IMG/VR virus record: IMGVR_UViG_3300040985_000229
Span: 1 to 39,538 of that record
Reading direction: 5' to 3' (one strand)
From: a virus
Taxonomy: Duplodnaviria; Caudoviricetes
Length of the DNA stretch: 39,538 nt
Shown here piece after piece: positions 9,401 to 19,500 of the stretch. Positions within the stretch are counted from its first letter, which is position 1. The number at the start of each line of letters is the position of its first letter. The notes under the pieces are model-generated. The model ran no database searches. It was not told the origin of the DNA and saw nothing but the letters and a program-made list of their open reading frames with translations. The translations under genes and the position numbers were made by a program.

Positions 9401-10467
9401 ATTCTCCGTTTAACTGCTTCGTCTGGTTCTGTCAGATACGCATCAATTTTATTCATGATGCTGACATCATCTAAGTTACCTTGGCCTTCTGGAAGATCTC
9501 TTAATACTTTAGCCATTTCACCGTCCAGTTTCTTCAATAACTTATCAGCTTTGCCAACCTGTTCCTGAATAACACCGTCTACTAGCAGGCGTTTTTCTGA
9601 GACCGACTGCGGCAGATACCCACGATACCTGCCAAATGCTATGGCCTCTGCAAGTAGCTTCCGCCCCGTGCCTAATTCGTCTGCACTTCCGGGCATCCCT
9701 GTCATTTTTTTATACAGTAGATTGTCTATTCCAGTAGCAGCATCGTCCAGTTTTTTCTTGACGGCTTGAGCACTGACTTGCCCTATTTCAGTTTGTCCAA
9801 TAGTTCTGGCAGTCCCGGTTAAAGCTTGGCCTGCTCCCATTAGAGCGCCTTGTGCTACTCCACCAAGAAGAGCAGCTTCCGTACCAATCTTTGCCCTGTT
9901 ACCCAGTCGAGCTAAAGCTTTTTCTCTCCCGCTGAGACCGATTAAATCAGAGGTCTGAGTGACTCCTCCGTCTACCCAATCTCCTATGGTAGTCATGTTG
10001 TCTGTAGATACCGCCGCATCTGTTAGACCCGCCACGCCAAGTTCTTTTGCCGCCAAAGCAAACCGCTCTGCCCTAGTCATTGGAGTATTAGCTAGCCCAC
10101 GAGCGGCTCTTGCCGCCTGTGCTGCCTTACCTACCTTCGCAGCTACGCCTATGCCAGGGACAACGAACTGAGTGACAAGTTCCGCGCCTTTCCCGACAAA
10201 GCCTTCTGGGTCAATGCCCATAGCGTCACGAAGCGCCTCCGCACTTTCGGTGACTTTATCTCCGTAGTCGGTGTCTGCAACGATGTCCACGCCCAGTGCG
10301 CCAAGACCCGCGAGTCCTTCAACGATGCCTATGCCACCAGAAACAATGCCCTCGCCTAGTTCTCCTAGGAGGGTGTCATCGTAGAACTGCTTACCATCAT
10401 CTTCTGGTAAGATCTCATATCTAGGTGTTGTAGAGGCAGAAGGGAGGATTGTGTACCGTTCAGCCAT
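6412..10467 (-). CDS. Large internal virion (ejection) protein
   Basis: 1351 aa, predicted helical, hydrophobic Gly/Ala-rich N-terminal segments; last gene of the structural arm, as for podovirus ejection proteins. Confidence 0.7.
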   Translation of the reverse strand: MAERYTILPSASTTPRYEILPEDDGKQFYDDTLLGELGEGIVSGGIGIVEGLAGLGALGVDIVADTDYGDKVTESAEALRDAMGIDPEGFVGKGAELVTQFVVPGIGVAAKVGKAAQAARAARGLANTPMTRAERFALAAKELGVAGLTDAAVSTDNMTTIGDWVDGGVTQTSDLIGLSGREKALARLGNRAKIGTEAALLGGVAQGALMGAGQALTGTARTIGQTEIGQVSAQAVKKKLDDAATGIDNLLYKKMTGMPGSADELGTGRKLLAEAIAFGRYRGYLPQSVSEKRLLVDGVIQEQVGKADKLLKKLDGEMAKVLRDLPEGQGNLDDVSIMNKIDAYLTEPDEAVKRRMLGELPRSLHAPVRKMRSHMTELSQKVLNSNFLQREGYTLPNGQRIADVIEQNINSYMRRRYKIHENAKYKPTAESLTAAKNYFRANKTATEKELTELFQKDVDNTFDEAFLRTNGLEIRGDKVKVIGNVSDPAAALARDGFLRKNSIRARKKLNGGFMATHRLDTGMFMNKDQIPKTLRALLGEVDDPREAYLATVADLAQFSAIDDYYGTVAKLAQNNSGIGKLFRNGANLTKAQKRHLVDDLGYVKLGGEGGSSNVRVMGELSPEDAQTAKALDQSGWGALDGYYVPREVYRNLTNQVLAEGSFGATLLRGTFGVFLKGKAVSQYSKTVLSPITQIRNFTTAVAFALANGNVPVVGRGGSLSDSARLVFSNIASADPTSTAGKFVGNKLLGIGRTAETSADAIYRDLADAQRRGVLGTSAELREIQDSLQKGLGITARTPRSGFEALAGEKIAKGVGAIGKGAKVFEDIYQGSDDFWKYFNYNAEQAKLRKALEGATTEQKLSYLLKQPVNNISRLDGPGGLLQNVEYAEAFNNLRRAEDLDPNTLRTMGIRMPDNDMVEELIKNRAAQIVRDTVPNYNKAGSDAIGFGRKLPLGNFISFPAEIMRTGVNIVRQGLDDMASDIPAIRSRGRNRLLSFVATTTVIPAAALEMGYAISGVSREEMDAYKRSFAPPWEKGSILIPLGKTEDGKIEYINFSTSNPYDTLTRFANRMINEADDAIKQGKSPTETLEDVAFASAYEIVAPFMSEAMFTEAILDVSIRRGQTSTGAKVFTPKEEGSSVGDRFFSSLVHVGDTLLPNLIPVNISGGNVEPSRFLRGVMGSEDGMISNVDKMGRERNFQEEIARQLLGISTQTFDPAQSAAFAGFRLTQAQTAAKSEFNRVADNYNAGPKQLENAFIKANEMKHRTDKEFLQVIEDLRTMGLRDSDIRKIFKKENIGGYKELMRGRFKPFDVSKKNIKDMREVGIYDAYKEVRPRLRAIQEQFKEQTLYPDR

Positions 10468-10470
10468 CGT

Positions 10471-11556
10471 TTACTCCTCTTTAGGAACGCCGTCTTCTCC
10501 TACAACCATAATCTTCCCTGTTTTATTATCTCTATATCGAGTGCCAGGAGTTGTGGGTGGTTGATCTGAACTTGTAGGTTGTTGTGAAGGTACACTAGCA
10601 TTTCCTTCATAGTATGGACGTAGCATGTCCGCCGCTTGTCTCATGGCTACTTCTGGATCTTCACTCGTAGCTGTTATAATTTTTCCTGCTAACTCACGAA
10701 CTGCGTCAGCAAAAGGTTCAAGGGGCGACATGCCGCCTCCACTGCGCCCTCCTCCCCCTGCACGAGAGGCAGCAGTCTTCTTATAGCTACTCAATCCCAA
10801 GAGAACAGCTTGCGCAAATTCATCTGGTCTTTTCCCAAAGGAAGAGGCTATTGCAACCCGTGCAATTCTGTCGTTGATTTGGTCGATGTCGTTAACATCG
10901 GTTAAACCAAACACATTCTCTACAAATTCTTGCTTGTTTTCTTTGTTGGGTGTGACCTCTGCCGCGACCATTACAGCGTCTGCAATCTGGCTCGTGTTTC
11001 CAGTCTTAGCTGCGTCCTGCACCTGATTCCTCTTCTCTTGTCCTGCTTCCTCTGCCGCTTTTTCCGACCCGTATTTCCCCATAACAGCTTGATACAGCCC
11101 CTCGCCTGCCTGCAATAGCCATGTCTGAAACGACCCTGTAGGTGTGCGAGACACAACGCTATCAGGTGTTTCCTGAATATCTACTGGGCCTCCTGGCTGA
11201 AACCGCATAGGGGCAGCGGGAGAAGCAGGCCGCTTGACACTAGGAACAGGCATTGGGACTGGTTGCGGGGTGACCTGCCCCATAACAGGTTGTGGAGATT
11301 GTAGGCTCTTAGCAATCTCTGAGTTAATAGCCGCATCCAAGGGATTACCGCCCATAAGAGAAGGGCTTGTAGGTCTCCTAGCAGGAAGTGTGCCGAAGGG
11401 ACCGCCAATAGGCTTGTTATCAGGAACAGGCGAACTTGAGGCCGCTTCCATTAGCTCTGGAGAAGACGCTAGAATGCCGCCCATCTTTTGCAACTTGGCT
11501 CTGGCAGGCCGCTTGTTAGCGGCGTCTATCAATTCAGGGTTATAAATTCCCGGCAT
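10471..11556 (-). CDS. Probable internal virion protein
   Basis: 361 aa, Pro-rich low-complexity N-half; within the block after the nozzle. Confidence 0.55.
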   Translation of the reverse strand: MPGIYNPELIDAANKRPARAKLQKMGGILASSPELMEAASSSPVPDNKPIGGPFGTLPARRPTSPSLMGGNPLDAAINSEIAKSLQSPQPVMGQVTPQPVPMPVPSVKRPASPAAPMRFQPGGPVDIQETPDSVVSRTPTGSFQTWLLQAGEGLYQAVMGKYGSEKAAEEAGQEKRNQVQDAAKTGNTSQIADAVMVAAEVTPNKENKQEFVENVFGLTDVNDIDQINDRIARVAIASSFGKRPDEFAQAVLLGLSSYKKTAASRAGGGGRSGGGMSPLEPFADAVRELAGKIITATSEDPEVAMRQAADMLRPYYEGNASVPSQQPTSSDQPPTTPGTRYRDNKTGKIMVVGEDGVPKEE

Positions 11557-11557
11557 A

Positions 11558-12691
11558 TTACGCTCCGCTTGGGTTTAAGATGTTTCCAAAGAAACTGCTG
11601 CCGCCGCCTTGTGCGTATATCTCTGCGTTGTTAGCGGCGTTACCAAATGGACTTGGCTCTGGCGTGCCCACCGCTGTAAGTCCCGTGCCAGACATAGGAA
11701 CACCTGACAAAATATCCCGCATATACGCAAATCTACCAAAGGGTTCGTAAGCTTCTTCTAGTTGCCCCGCACGTTGTACATCGTACTCGGCCTGCAACTG
11801 ACCTTGTTCTAGTTTGCCCACGTTGTAAAGCGCATTAACATCTTTAGCGCCCAGAGCCTGCGTAGCTTCGCCCAAGGCACCAATGCCCGTGCCCAAGTTT
11901 TGAAACAATTGACCTGCGCCTTGTCCTCGTTTCATTTGATTTTCAAATGCGGACTGCGCCTGCTGCTGCGCACCTGTATACGCCGCTGACCGCAGTTGCG
12001 CACCCGTCCTAGCCATCGTGTCCAACACGTTTCGTTGGTTTTCTTGCTGCGCTACGGCGGCACGACTGCCCCCATACGCCCCCGCGCCCACTGCTTGAGC
12101 GTCGATGGCTTGGCGGTTAATGCCCCCTTGACGGGCAATTTCGGACAACTCTGTGTCTATGACCTCATCGACAAATGGGTCATAGTAGTCCTTGTAAGAT
12201 AAAGGATCATAGGCAGCAGTCGATTCTCTGGTTAAATCCACGCCTTCTCTGAAAACATCTCCTGCTTCTTCCAGATAAGGCTTGTATTGCCCCGGCAGGT
12301 CTTGCGCCATGTCCAACGCTTCGACCTGCGGGTCTGTAAAACCAATAACATCAGGGGGAGCAACCCCACCCTCAACCGCAAAGATAGGAGTGCCATATTG
12401 GTCTAACGCGGCTTCGTCTTTGTTTGTGGTGTACCCACCGTCTGGACCTTCGTAATACTGTACAGGGAGACCATCTACACCAAGGGCAGCTTCGTCTTTG
12501 CTAAAAGTAGTTCCACCGTCTTCAGTCGCGTAAACAGGTTTACCGTACAAAGGGCTTTCAGTGGCAAAGCCCGTTACTTCCCCCGTCTCTTCGTCGTACT
12601 GAAAAACATTGGCGAGAAGATCCTTTAGGTACTTCTCCATGTACTCTGGCATTAAGTTCTGGGTTTTTACAACATTGTCGGTTGTAGCCAT
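11558..12691 (-). CDS. Probable internal virion / DNA pilot-like protein
   Basis: YYDPFVDEVID...AVGAGAYGGSRAAV, Q/A-rich helices typical of podovirus DNA-transfer proteins. Confidence 0.65.
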   Translation of the reverse strand: MATTDNVVKTQNLMPEYMEKYLKDLLANVFQYDEETGEVTGFATESPLYGKPVYATEDGGTTFSKDEAALGVDGLPVQYYEGPDGGYTTNKDEAALDQYGTPIFAVEGGVAPPDVIGFTDPQVEALDMAQDLPGQYKPYLEEAGDVFREGVDLTRESTAAYDPLSYKDYYDPFVDEVIDTELSEIARQGGINRQAIDAQAVGAGAYGGSRAAVAQQENQRNVLDTMARTGAQLRSAAYTGAQQQAQSAFENQMKRGQGAGQLFQNLGTGIGALGEATQALGAKDVNALYNVGKLEQGQLQAEYDVQRAGQLEEAYEPFGRFAYMRDILSGVPMSGTGLTAVGTPEPSPFGNAANNAEIYAQGGGSSFFGNILNPSGA

Positions 12692-12693
12692 TT

Positions 12694-13491
12694 CTATGCC
12701 CTCTGCTCTAATGCATTCATCATTCGGTACATGTTCGCCGCGCCTTGGTCAGGGTTACCTCTTCCTGCCCCTCTGACCGCTGCTTCTGTCATTACAAATT
12801 CTCCGTCAGACATCGCCGCTTCCTGTACTGGGCCGCCGTTCTGGTAGATCTTAGCAGGGATCGAGTCACTTGTTCCAGTGCCCGGACCTTGGATATATCC
12901 GCCTTGTGCAAGTTGGGGCCTTACGCCACCTGACGCGCCTGCCTGCCTTCTAGGTGTTTCAGGTAAAACGTACCCTTTATAGTCAGGTCTTCGTTCCCCT
13001 GTTTCATATTGTCTCAGTTCAAGCTCACTCATTAGGTTTTCAAAACGAGGTCTTTGTTGCTGACGCATCATTTCACTGAAAACACCGTACATTAGCGGGG
13101 ACATATTGTTCCCCATGTTCAATCCTTTTACTGAAGGATCCGCAGCGGCTCCTGCAATCCCGCCCATCAAAGGCCCAGGGCCTCCTCGCATGTTGCCGCC
13201 CACTGCTCCCGCAAGTACGTTTTGCAACACATTTTGCTTTGATGAATCTGGCCTTGGTCGGCTGTCCCGATAGTTAGGATTGAACAGGCTTGTCATGTTA
13301 GGGCCAGCATTTCCACTCAATAAGCCGCCTATTCCTGATTGAAGAGCATCGTCCAAGGATCCACCTGCCATTAAAGAGCCTAGTCCACCCCCTAATGCCG
13401 CGCCCATAGGGTTGCCGCCGCTCGCCATCAAGCCAACAAGAGACCCGATAGCAGAAAATAAATCGCTTTTTCCCTTTGTTTGTTCCGCCAT
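12694..13491 (-). CDS. Probable internal virion protein
   Basis: Gly-rich hydrophobic N-terminus; GGYIQGPGTGTSDSIPA...MSDGEFVM motif familiar from phage tape-measure/ejection proteins; SD GGAG. Confidence 0.65.
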   Translation of the reverse strand: MAEQTKGKSDLFSAIGSLVGLMASGGNPMGAALGGGLGSLMAGGSLDDALQSGIGGLLSGNAGPNMTSLFNPNYRDSRPRPDSSKQNVLQNVLAGAVGGNMRGGPGPLMGGIAGAAADPSVKGLNMGNNMSPLMYGVFSEMMRQQQRPRFENLMSELELRQYETGERRPDYKGYVLPETPRRQAGASGGVRPQLAQGGYIQGPGTGTSDSIPAKIYQNGGPVQEAAMSDGEFVMTEAAVRGAGRGNPDQGAANMYRMMNALEQRA

Positions 13492-13516
13492 TATACGTCT
13501 CCAAGGCTTTTATCGC

Positions 13517-13525
13517 ACTGTAGCA
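13517..13525 (-). promoter_or_regulatory. Candidate extended -10 element (TGCTACAGT) ahead of the internal-protein genes
   Basis: Lies in a 49-nt intergenic gap; similar TGCTA elements occur in two other gaps. Confidence 0.35.
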
Positions 13526-13540
13526 GAATACAGGCGGTAT

Positions 13541-13795
13541 TTACACCACAATTTTTAAATCACCATTTGCGGTTCTATATACGGTATCAACAGATAATCC
13601 ACCAGATACCGCCTCCGAATTGTTTTCGTACACAGGAAGTTCTACTATCTTCAGTGTTGAGATAACCAAGTCTCCGGGGTTACTGTTTTGTTGCAAGAAA
13701 ATAGAGAAACTTTGAACCACTGAGTCTAGGTAAGTTTGACTGTATGTTTGAGGCGCTTTACCAAAGTAGGGTAAGGGGGAACTAAGTGAGGGCAT
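13541..13795 (-). CDS. Small tail-associated protein
   Basis: 84 aa, TAATG-coupled to the nozzle gene. Confidence 0.65.
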   Translation of the reverse strand: MPSLSSPLPYFGKAPQTYSQTYLDSVVQSFSIFLQQNSNPGDLVISTLKIVELPVYENNSEAVSGGLSVDTVYRTANGDLKIVV

Positions 13796-16029
13796 TATCG
13801 TCTCCCATCCGCTCTAATCTCTACCCTTGGTGTCCCCATTCTCCACCCCACACCAATCGCATTTGACTCTATTCTGAATGCAAAGCTTCTGCCCCGAATA
13901 CGTAACCTAACCTCGTTTGTGAACTGCTCAATAGGCGTAGTGGCTGTTCTTTCGACAGAAGAAGAAGTCGTTTGACTGGAAAGATAGCTTTCTCCGGGGT
14001 AGTTTCTGGCTTTTATCGTCATGTCTAGCGCAGGGTCAGGGTTCGTAGCCGTGGAATTCACAAAGGATACGTCAGGTATAATCCTGCTGATCAAGCCAAA
14101 CTTATCCCCTTCGCCTAAGTCTACAGGAGAGGACTCTATAAACGCGGAGATAGGGCCGTTAGCCTCCCCGTCATCGAAGCCTCTTTCGTGCTCGTACAGA
14201 TAATGATTAGGAGATGCCGCGATGGGGAAGTCAAACAATCCTCGATCCATCCACGCAGTACGAGCCATCGTTCCTACTGACCATGTTTGTTCTGCATAGT
14301 TATAAACAACATAATTGTTTATGTCCTCAGAATCTGAGGGATAAAACCACCAGATTTCGGAAAAAGAAGAGTTTAATCCCGCAACAACTTTTTCTTGCTG
14401 ATCAGTGGTCAACGTATCAAACACAAAATCCCTGACAGTACATGGGATCTTTTGCACAGAACCTTGGTACAGGTAGAATTCTTGCTTACCCATCCAGATA
14501 ACAACATCGTCAACCGCAACCGCAGCATTGGGAGAAATAATAGAAATCTTCTCCGATACCGCAGAAACGCCAAAGGTGTACGGCGGCCCAAGAAACTGCA
14601 TGGAGTAAAGAGTTGTGTCAGTGAACGCTAGAATTTGCTGCTTGGTTTCTACTGCTTGAATAATCTCAGACCCCAAGCCTAGTCTAATCTCCCCCGCCGT
14701 GTTCGTTGCTCTGGTTTCCCAGTCCGTTGCAGACTCTGCATCAGAGAACCTAATAACCATTGGATCTTGCACCCCAGGGTCGGCTTCTGGGTCACATCCA
14801 AAGGCTATAACATGCCTGTCTCGATCAGAGACCAACACTTGCTTGACTACTTGAGGAGTCTTATTCGCTCCTGTAAGTGTCCCAATGTTCACCGCTCGGT
14901 AGTTTACCCCAGTATTAGCGTTCCAATAGTATATGCCGCCATCCCGGTAGTTTAGTATAAGGTCTTGCCCGAAGTTGTTGTGGTGCCACAGTCGTAGAAC
15001 GTCCGTTGCAACGGTTTGCCCCCAACCGCTGCTGCCCCATGCACCCGCGCCCCAACCGTTGTAGTTCTGACTATTGTCTAACCCGATATTGACTTGATAG
15101 GTAGCGGTGCTTTCGGTTTCACCTCCTGACGCTGTTGTAGCGGCGGTCACAAGGACTGGCACTAAAACTCCGTTCACTGTGATATCAGCAATAGTGGAAA
15201 CCTGTCGGGCATTGAACTTGTACACAAACGCACTGGCTATTTCTGCTATCTCATACTCTTGATTAATAATGGCACTGGTTATGTTGGCGTCAAATCCAAC
15301 AACTCCAGAGAAGGTGACAAAGTCCCCCTGTTTAGCTCCATGTGGCGTGGTACAAGTAACCTCGACCAAAGACGACAACGCAGTAGTCGCCATTGTGAAC
15401 TCGTCAATGTCTTGGGCAGTATTGATATGTATCCCATGAATGCCTGATGTCGCCGCGACACCAGTTACATACACTGGTGATATGACGCCTATTGCAAAGC
15501 CAACGGTTCCTACCGCAGAAACCGCTTGTACTCCAGATGGAAACACCGCTGCGACAGGGCCGCCGACTTGTTCTCCAATATATAACGGAGTGCCAATGGA
15601 TCCCGTAGCACTTACTCCCGTATTAGGTATAAGCGTGTCAGTCTGCGCGATAACGGTTCCTATAGACGCAGACAGTTGGTTGGTTGCTGAAGCCCCTGAG
15701 TCATAGTCTATAACAACATTTGCGATGGCATCTGGGCCACTAACTTTTCTGACAGGAGTAATGTCAAAAAGTTGACCACCTCGATCTAGGTAATATTTTA
15801 TGTTTGTGCCAATCCCTATGTATCTCTCACGAGCAAGGGTGACCCAAGACATCAACGCACGACATGTTCCTAAAAAGGAGTTAACGCTGCGTTGCGACCA
15901 ACCACCAATTTTTTCTGCATACCCAAACCTAAAGCGTACCTTGTCCACTTCAACCCAACCGCCTTCGTTGGAGAAGCGAGTAATGTCTTTGTTAATACCT
16001 GGGTTAAACTTCAGTGGAACAAGTGTCAC
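13795..16029 (-). CDS. Tail nozzle / head-stabilisation protein (P22 gp10 / T7 gp12-like)
   Basis: 744 aa beta-rich; IRFSDAE..TDW, EIWWFYPS...YVVYNYAEQTWSVG, RLRIRGR; position before the internal proteins. Confidence 0.78.
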   Translation of the reverse strand: MTLVPLKFNPGINKDITRFSNEGGWVEVDKVRFRFGYAEKIGGWSQRSVNSFLGTCRALMSWVTLARERYIGIGTNIKYYLDRGGQLFDITPVRKVSGPDAIANVVIDYDSGASATNQLSASIGTVIAQTDTLIPNTGVSATGSIGTPLYIGEQVGGPVAAVFPSGVQAVSAVGTVGFAIGVISPVYVTGVAATSGIHGIHINTAQDIDEFTMATTALSSLVEVTCTTPHGAKQGDFVTFSGVVGFDANITSAIINQEYEIAEIASAFVYKFNARQVSTIADITVNGVLVPVLVTAATTASGGETESTATYQVNIGLDNSQNYNGWGAGAWGSSGWGQTVATDVLRLWHHNNFGQDLILNYRDGGIYYWNANTGVNYRAVNIGTLTGANKTPQVVKQVLVSDRDRHVIAFGCDPEADPGVQDPMVIRFSDAESATDWETRATNTAGEIRLGLGSEIIQAVETKQQILAFTDTTLYSMQFLGPPYTFGVSAVSEKISIISPNAAVAVDDVVIWMGKQEFYLYQGSVQKIPCTVRDFVFDTLTTDQQEKVVAGLNSSFSEIWWFYPSDSEDINNYVVYNYAEQTWSVGTMARTAWMDRGLFDFPIAASPNHYLYEHERGFDDGEANGPISAFIESSPVDLGEGDKFGLISRIIPDVSFVNSTATNPDPALDMTIKARNYPGESYLSSQTTSSSVERTATTPIEQFTNEVRLRIRGRSFAFRIESNAIGVGWRMGTPRVEIRADGRR

Positions 16030-16032
16030 GGT

Positions 16033-16518
16033 TTAATCCTTTACTTCAGGCCATTTTATGTCGAAAGGAAACCCTTTCTGAGAGGTAATATCGCGCAGCT
16101 TCTTTCGATAAGACTTATATTTTTTCTGCACCTCGGCAGGGACATCTGCCACCTGTGTCCAATCGGAAGCGGAAAGAAGCCTGTTTCTCGTGGCCTTTGC
16201 CATTTCGACTTGACGCTCAGTCGCTTCTTTAAGCCGTGCTTCCTTTACTGATTCAGGGATATCCTTTACTTGCCATTCCCTGACCCATTGACCATTTGAA
16301 TATGTAGGACGTGCAAACTGAATGCAAGTCTGGTTTTCTGGGTCATAAACAGGAGGCGGGTCACTTCGAACAAAAGCCAACCCATAAGATTCCATAAGCT
16401 TTACATCTGTGTTGAAACAGTGAAGCGGCATCGAGACGTTTTTGTACTCTTCCCGAAAGTCGTCTATTGTGTATGGAAACTTAATGATCTGGTGATCGCT
16501 GTCGGCTTTTACGTACAT
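16033..16518 (-). CDS. Tail fibre assembly chaperone
   Basis: RNRLLSASDWTQVADVP...YRKKLRDIT.QKGFP..IKWP signature. Confidence 0.88.
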   Translation of the reverse strand: MYVKADSDHQIIKFPYTIDDFREEYKNVSMPLHCFNTDVKLMESYGLAFVRSDPPPVYDPENQTCIQFARPTYSNGQWVREWQVKDIPESVKEARLKEATERQVEMAKATRNRLLSASDWTQVADVPAEVQKKYKSYRKKLRDITSQKGFPFDIKWPEVKD

Positions 16519-19500
16519 CTATGACGCCCCGCTAAAGTTATAACCTAAGTTCGCAGTAAACAAGCTGACCGCACCACCTAGAACATTTCCTGACGTAAAG
16601 TCAGGATAAGGACTACCACTACTTCGTGTGTATACTTGCGGCTGCGCGGTATTGCTATGAGTAAAGAAATACTTTGTAGCAGAAGAATCTACCTGAATTC
16701 CTGAGTATCCTCCAATCTTACCGCTATACGTAGCTGTCCCTATATACGTGCTTTCACTCGGCAATGCGAAAGGGGTCTTACATTGATATGTCACTAAAGC
16801 GCCTAAAGCGTCTTGGTGCAAAATAAGATACTTGCCGCCGGGAGTGTAATGAAACGCGGTTACCAAGCCTTGTCCGATACCTGCGTTACTAGGGCTAGTT
16901 TGGCTCCACAAAGGGTCATCTGTTACGGTAACTGCGCTACTAATGTTTGACGCCGTAGCAAACCGAAACCGTTTAATGTTTGGTTGAACCGCTGAAACAG
17001 ATGTAGCGCTTGGAGAAGCCCCAGAAGATTGCGGATTAGTGTCCAACATAAAGAAATCTTTTTGATCGTCGGAAACTTGAAGCCCATTTAAGCCATAGTA
17101 AGACGCGGAAAAAGGCTTATAATCAGTCGGTGGGTTATATTGATAAGTGTCGGTAGCGTTTATAGTTCCATCAAGATCATATGCAGTGCCTAAGACGATT
17201 TGCCCAAGTTCTATTGTAGCGCCACTAGGAAGTGGATTAGCAAATGCTGTTTGGAAATACAGGCAAGTTCCATCCCTTGAGATATCTATTCCCATGCATC
17301 TAGACGACCCCGGTTCATCTAGCTGAAAACCATACGTAGATTTAGCAAGTGTCTGATCTCGGCGTAGGTCAGAAAGATCCCATGCTGTATCGGTTTTATA
17401 CCGATAGATGTTTTCTTTGTCGTGAGAGTAGGCGTACAGCCCGTTTGATGCCCACTTAAAATCGCTACTAACAGGAGTCCTGTATGTGTTAGACAGGTCA
17501 AAATAATTTGTGCTAGAGCCAACTATACCTGTGTAATACTGGCTTTGGCTTAAACATTGAATAGCGGGAGTACGATTTCGATCTACTATGGCTTCTGGGG
17601 AAGACACACTATAAACATAATTCCTGTCATGGGACAGGAAGCACCGCCAAGGGTACACTTTCCACGCCCAAGTTTTTACGCCCCAAAGCTGATTGTACGC
17701 TAAGTCTGCTTGCCCTCTATTTGTAGAGCCAGCACTTGACCCTGATGACATTGTTCTAATGTCATATGCCGTATTTAGCTTGTAAGTATATAAACCCGAC
17801 TTTTCGTCATAGGCAGTATGATCGTCCATGCACACACAAAGAACCGTGCCGTTCTTGTTAAAGTAAAATCCGCGCAGTTCGCCGTTGTCAAACGAGGCAT
17901 TATTATTGTTGCGTATCTCCCACCAGTCCCCGCTTGAACTGGTTGAGGTGGAGTCCGTGGCAGTGACAAGCGTTGTCACATCCCAACCTGTGCCCATTTC
18001 TGTTGTACCAATTACGGTATATCCAACAGAATTCATAGTCACCAATGTTCCGTCTGGAGATATCCTGACTTGATCAGGGTTCCATTGTGTTAGCACATTA
18101 GATGATTTAGCGGAAAAAGACACACTTGAAGGCTTGATGTCCCAAGCAGAGGACAAGCTAAACTTATACAACCACATGTTATCCGCAGACATATCTTCCG
18201 CGCCCACAATAAACTGGGTTCCATCTGGCTTTATGTTTAAGCTTCTTACATAATCTACATTGGCATCTTGGGCTTTACAAAGTTTTTCAATACTGACGGT
18301 GTCTTCCCAGTTTATAGTGCCGCCCATCAATGGGTTTTTCTTCAAAGCCTCTAGAACGTCATATTTAAATATAAAGCCGCCAAAAGAGTTCTCTGTAAAG
18401 ACATAAAACTTTTTCTGGGCTTCAGGAGTCATATGGAAATCATCCACACACTGCCCGGTCAGCGCCCGGTTGTAGACGTTGCCTTGTAAATCAAACGATA
18501 TGTCAATACTGGTCACTGGTGTGGGGTAACTGATACTTTGGTGCACATTAGCCCCTGTCCCGCAAGTGTATCGAGTAAGCGTCCTACCATAACTGGTAGA
18601 CCCGTTGTCACTGAAACTAAAGAAATAACCGTTTCCACCAGAATTAACAAACGTAGCCCCACCTTGGCTCATATAGTACTGGCTTGATGCCATAAATGAG
18701 TACGTATACAAAAAATTAGATGTAGGGGCATTTAACTGTGGCTGACCCAATTCATAGGAAGTAACGCCCGAACCTGAGTCAAATCTATAGATTTTTCCAA
18801 GGTCTGTAATAATCCGTAAATACTCGCCATCGTTAGACGTGCCATGTTTTCCGTCCCACCATATGTCCAGAATTTTTGACCCATCTAGTCCAACCGCAGG
18901 ATCCCAAGCAGAACTGCCGCCCCCTCCGTTAGCAGGAACATTTGTAATAAAGTTTGAATGGAGTTGACTTGTCCACGTTGACGTAACATCCCAGTTGGTG
19001 CCTAATGTATATTCCCAAGCCTCTCCTGCCTTATTTGTACTGAAAATAAAAAACTTATCCCCACCAGTGGAGAAATTCCAAGACGCCGTATCTTCAACAC
19101 TCCAAGAAGACGCATAACCACTAAGGTCTTTAGAGGCGGTAAGAGTTGCTGAAGTAATGTCCCACGCTGAAGATAAAGCGAATTCATACAGTCTTTCGCC
19201 TCCATTCTTGGAGCTAGGGTCATAGGGGTTTCGACCTTGCAGCATAAGAAACATCTTAGTGCCGTCATCTTTAAACCGAATTCCTGCGGCGTTGTTAATT
19301 GCCTGCGGCAACATATCCCCCGATATGTCAAACTCCTTAAATTGTACTGTGGATTTATCGACTGTAGACAGATCATATGCAGAGGTTAAATCAACTTGCA
19401 GAATACGAGCTTTCCCCGATGCAGCGTAAGTAGTGGTTTTATCCAAGCCACCCTGCGCTTGGCTAGTATTGGGGTAAGAAAGATAAAGACGTGTGCCGCC

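Noticed and set aside
6412-13491. Virion RNA polymerase or lytic transglycosylase domain in the internal proteins
   Set aside because: No catalytic motifs recognised by eye; a profile search would be needed
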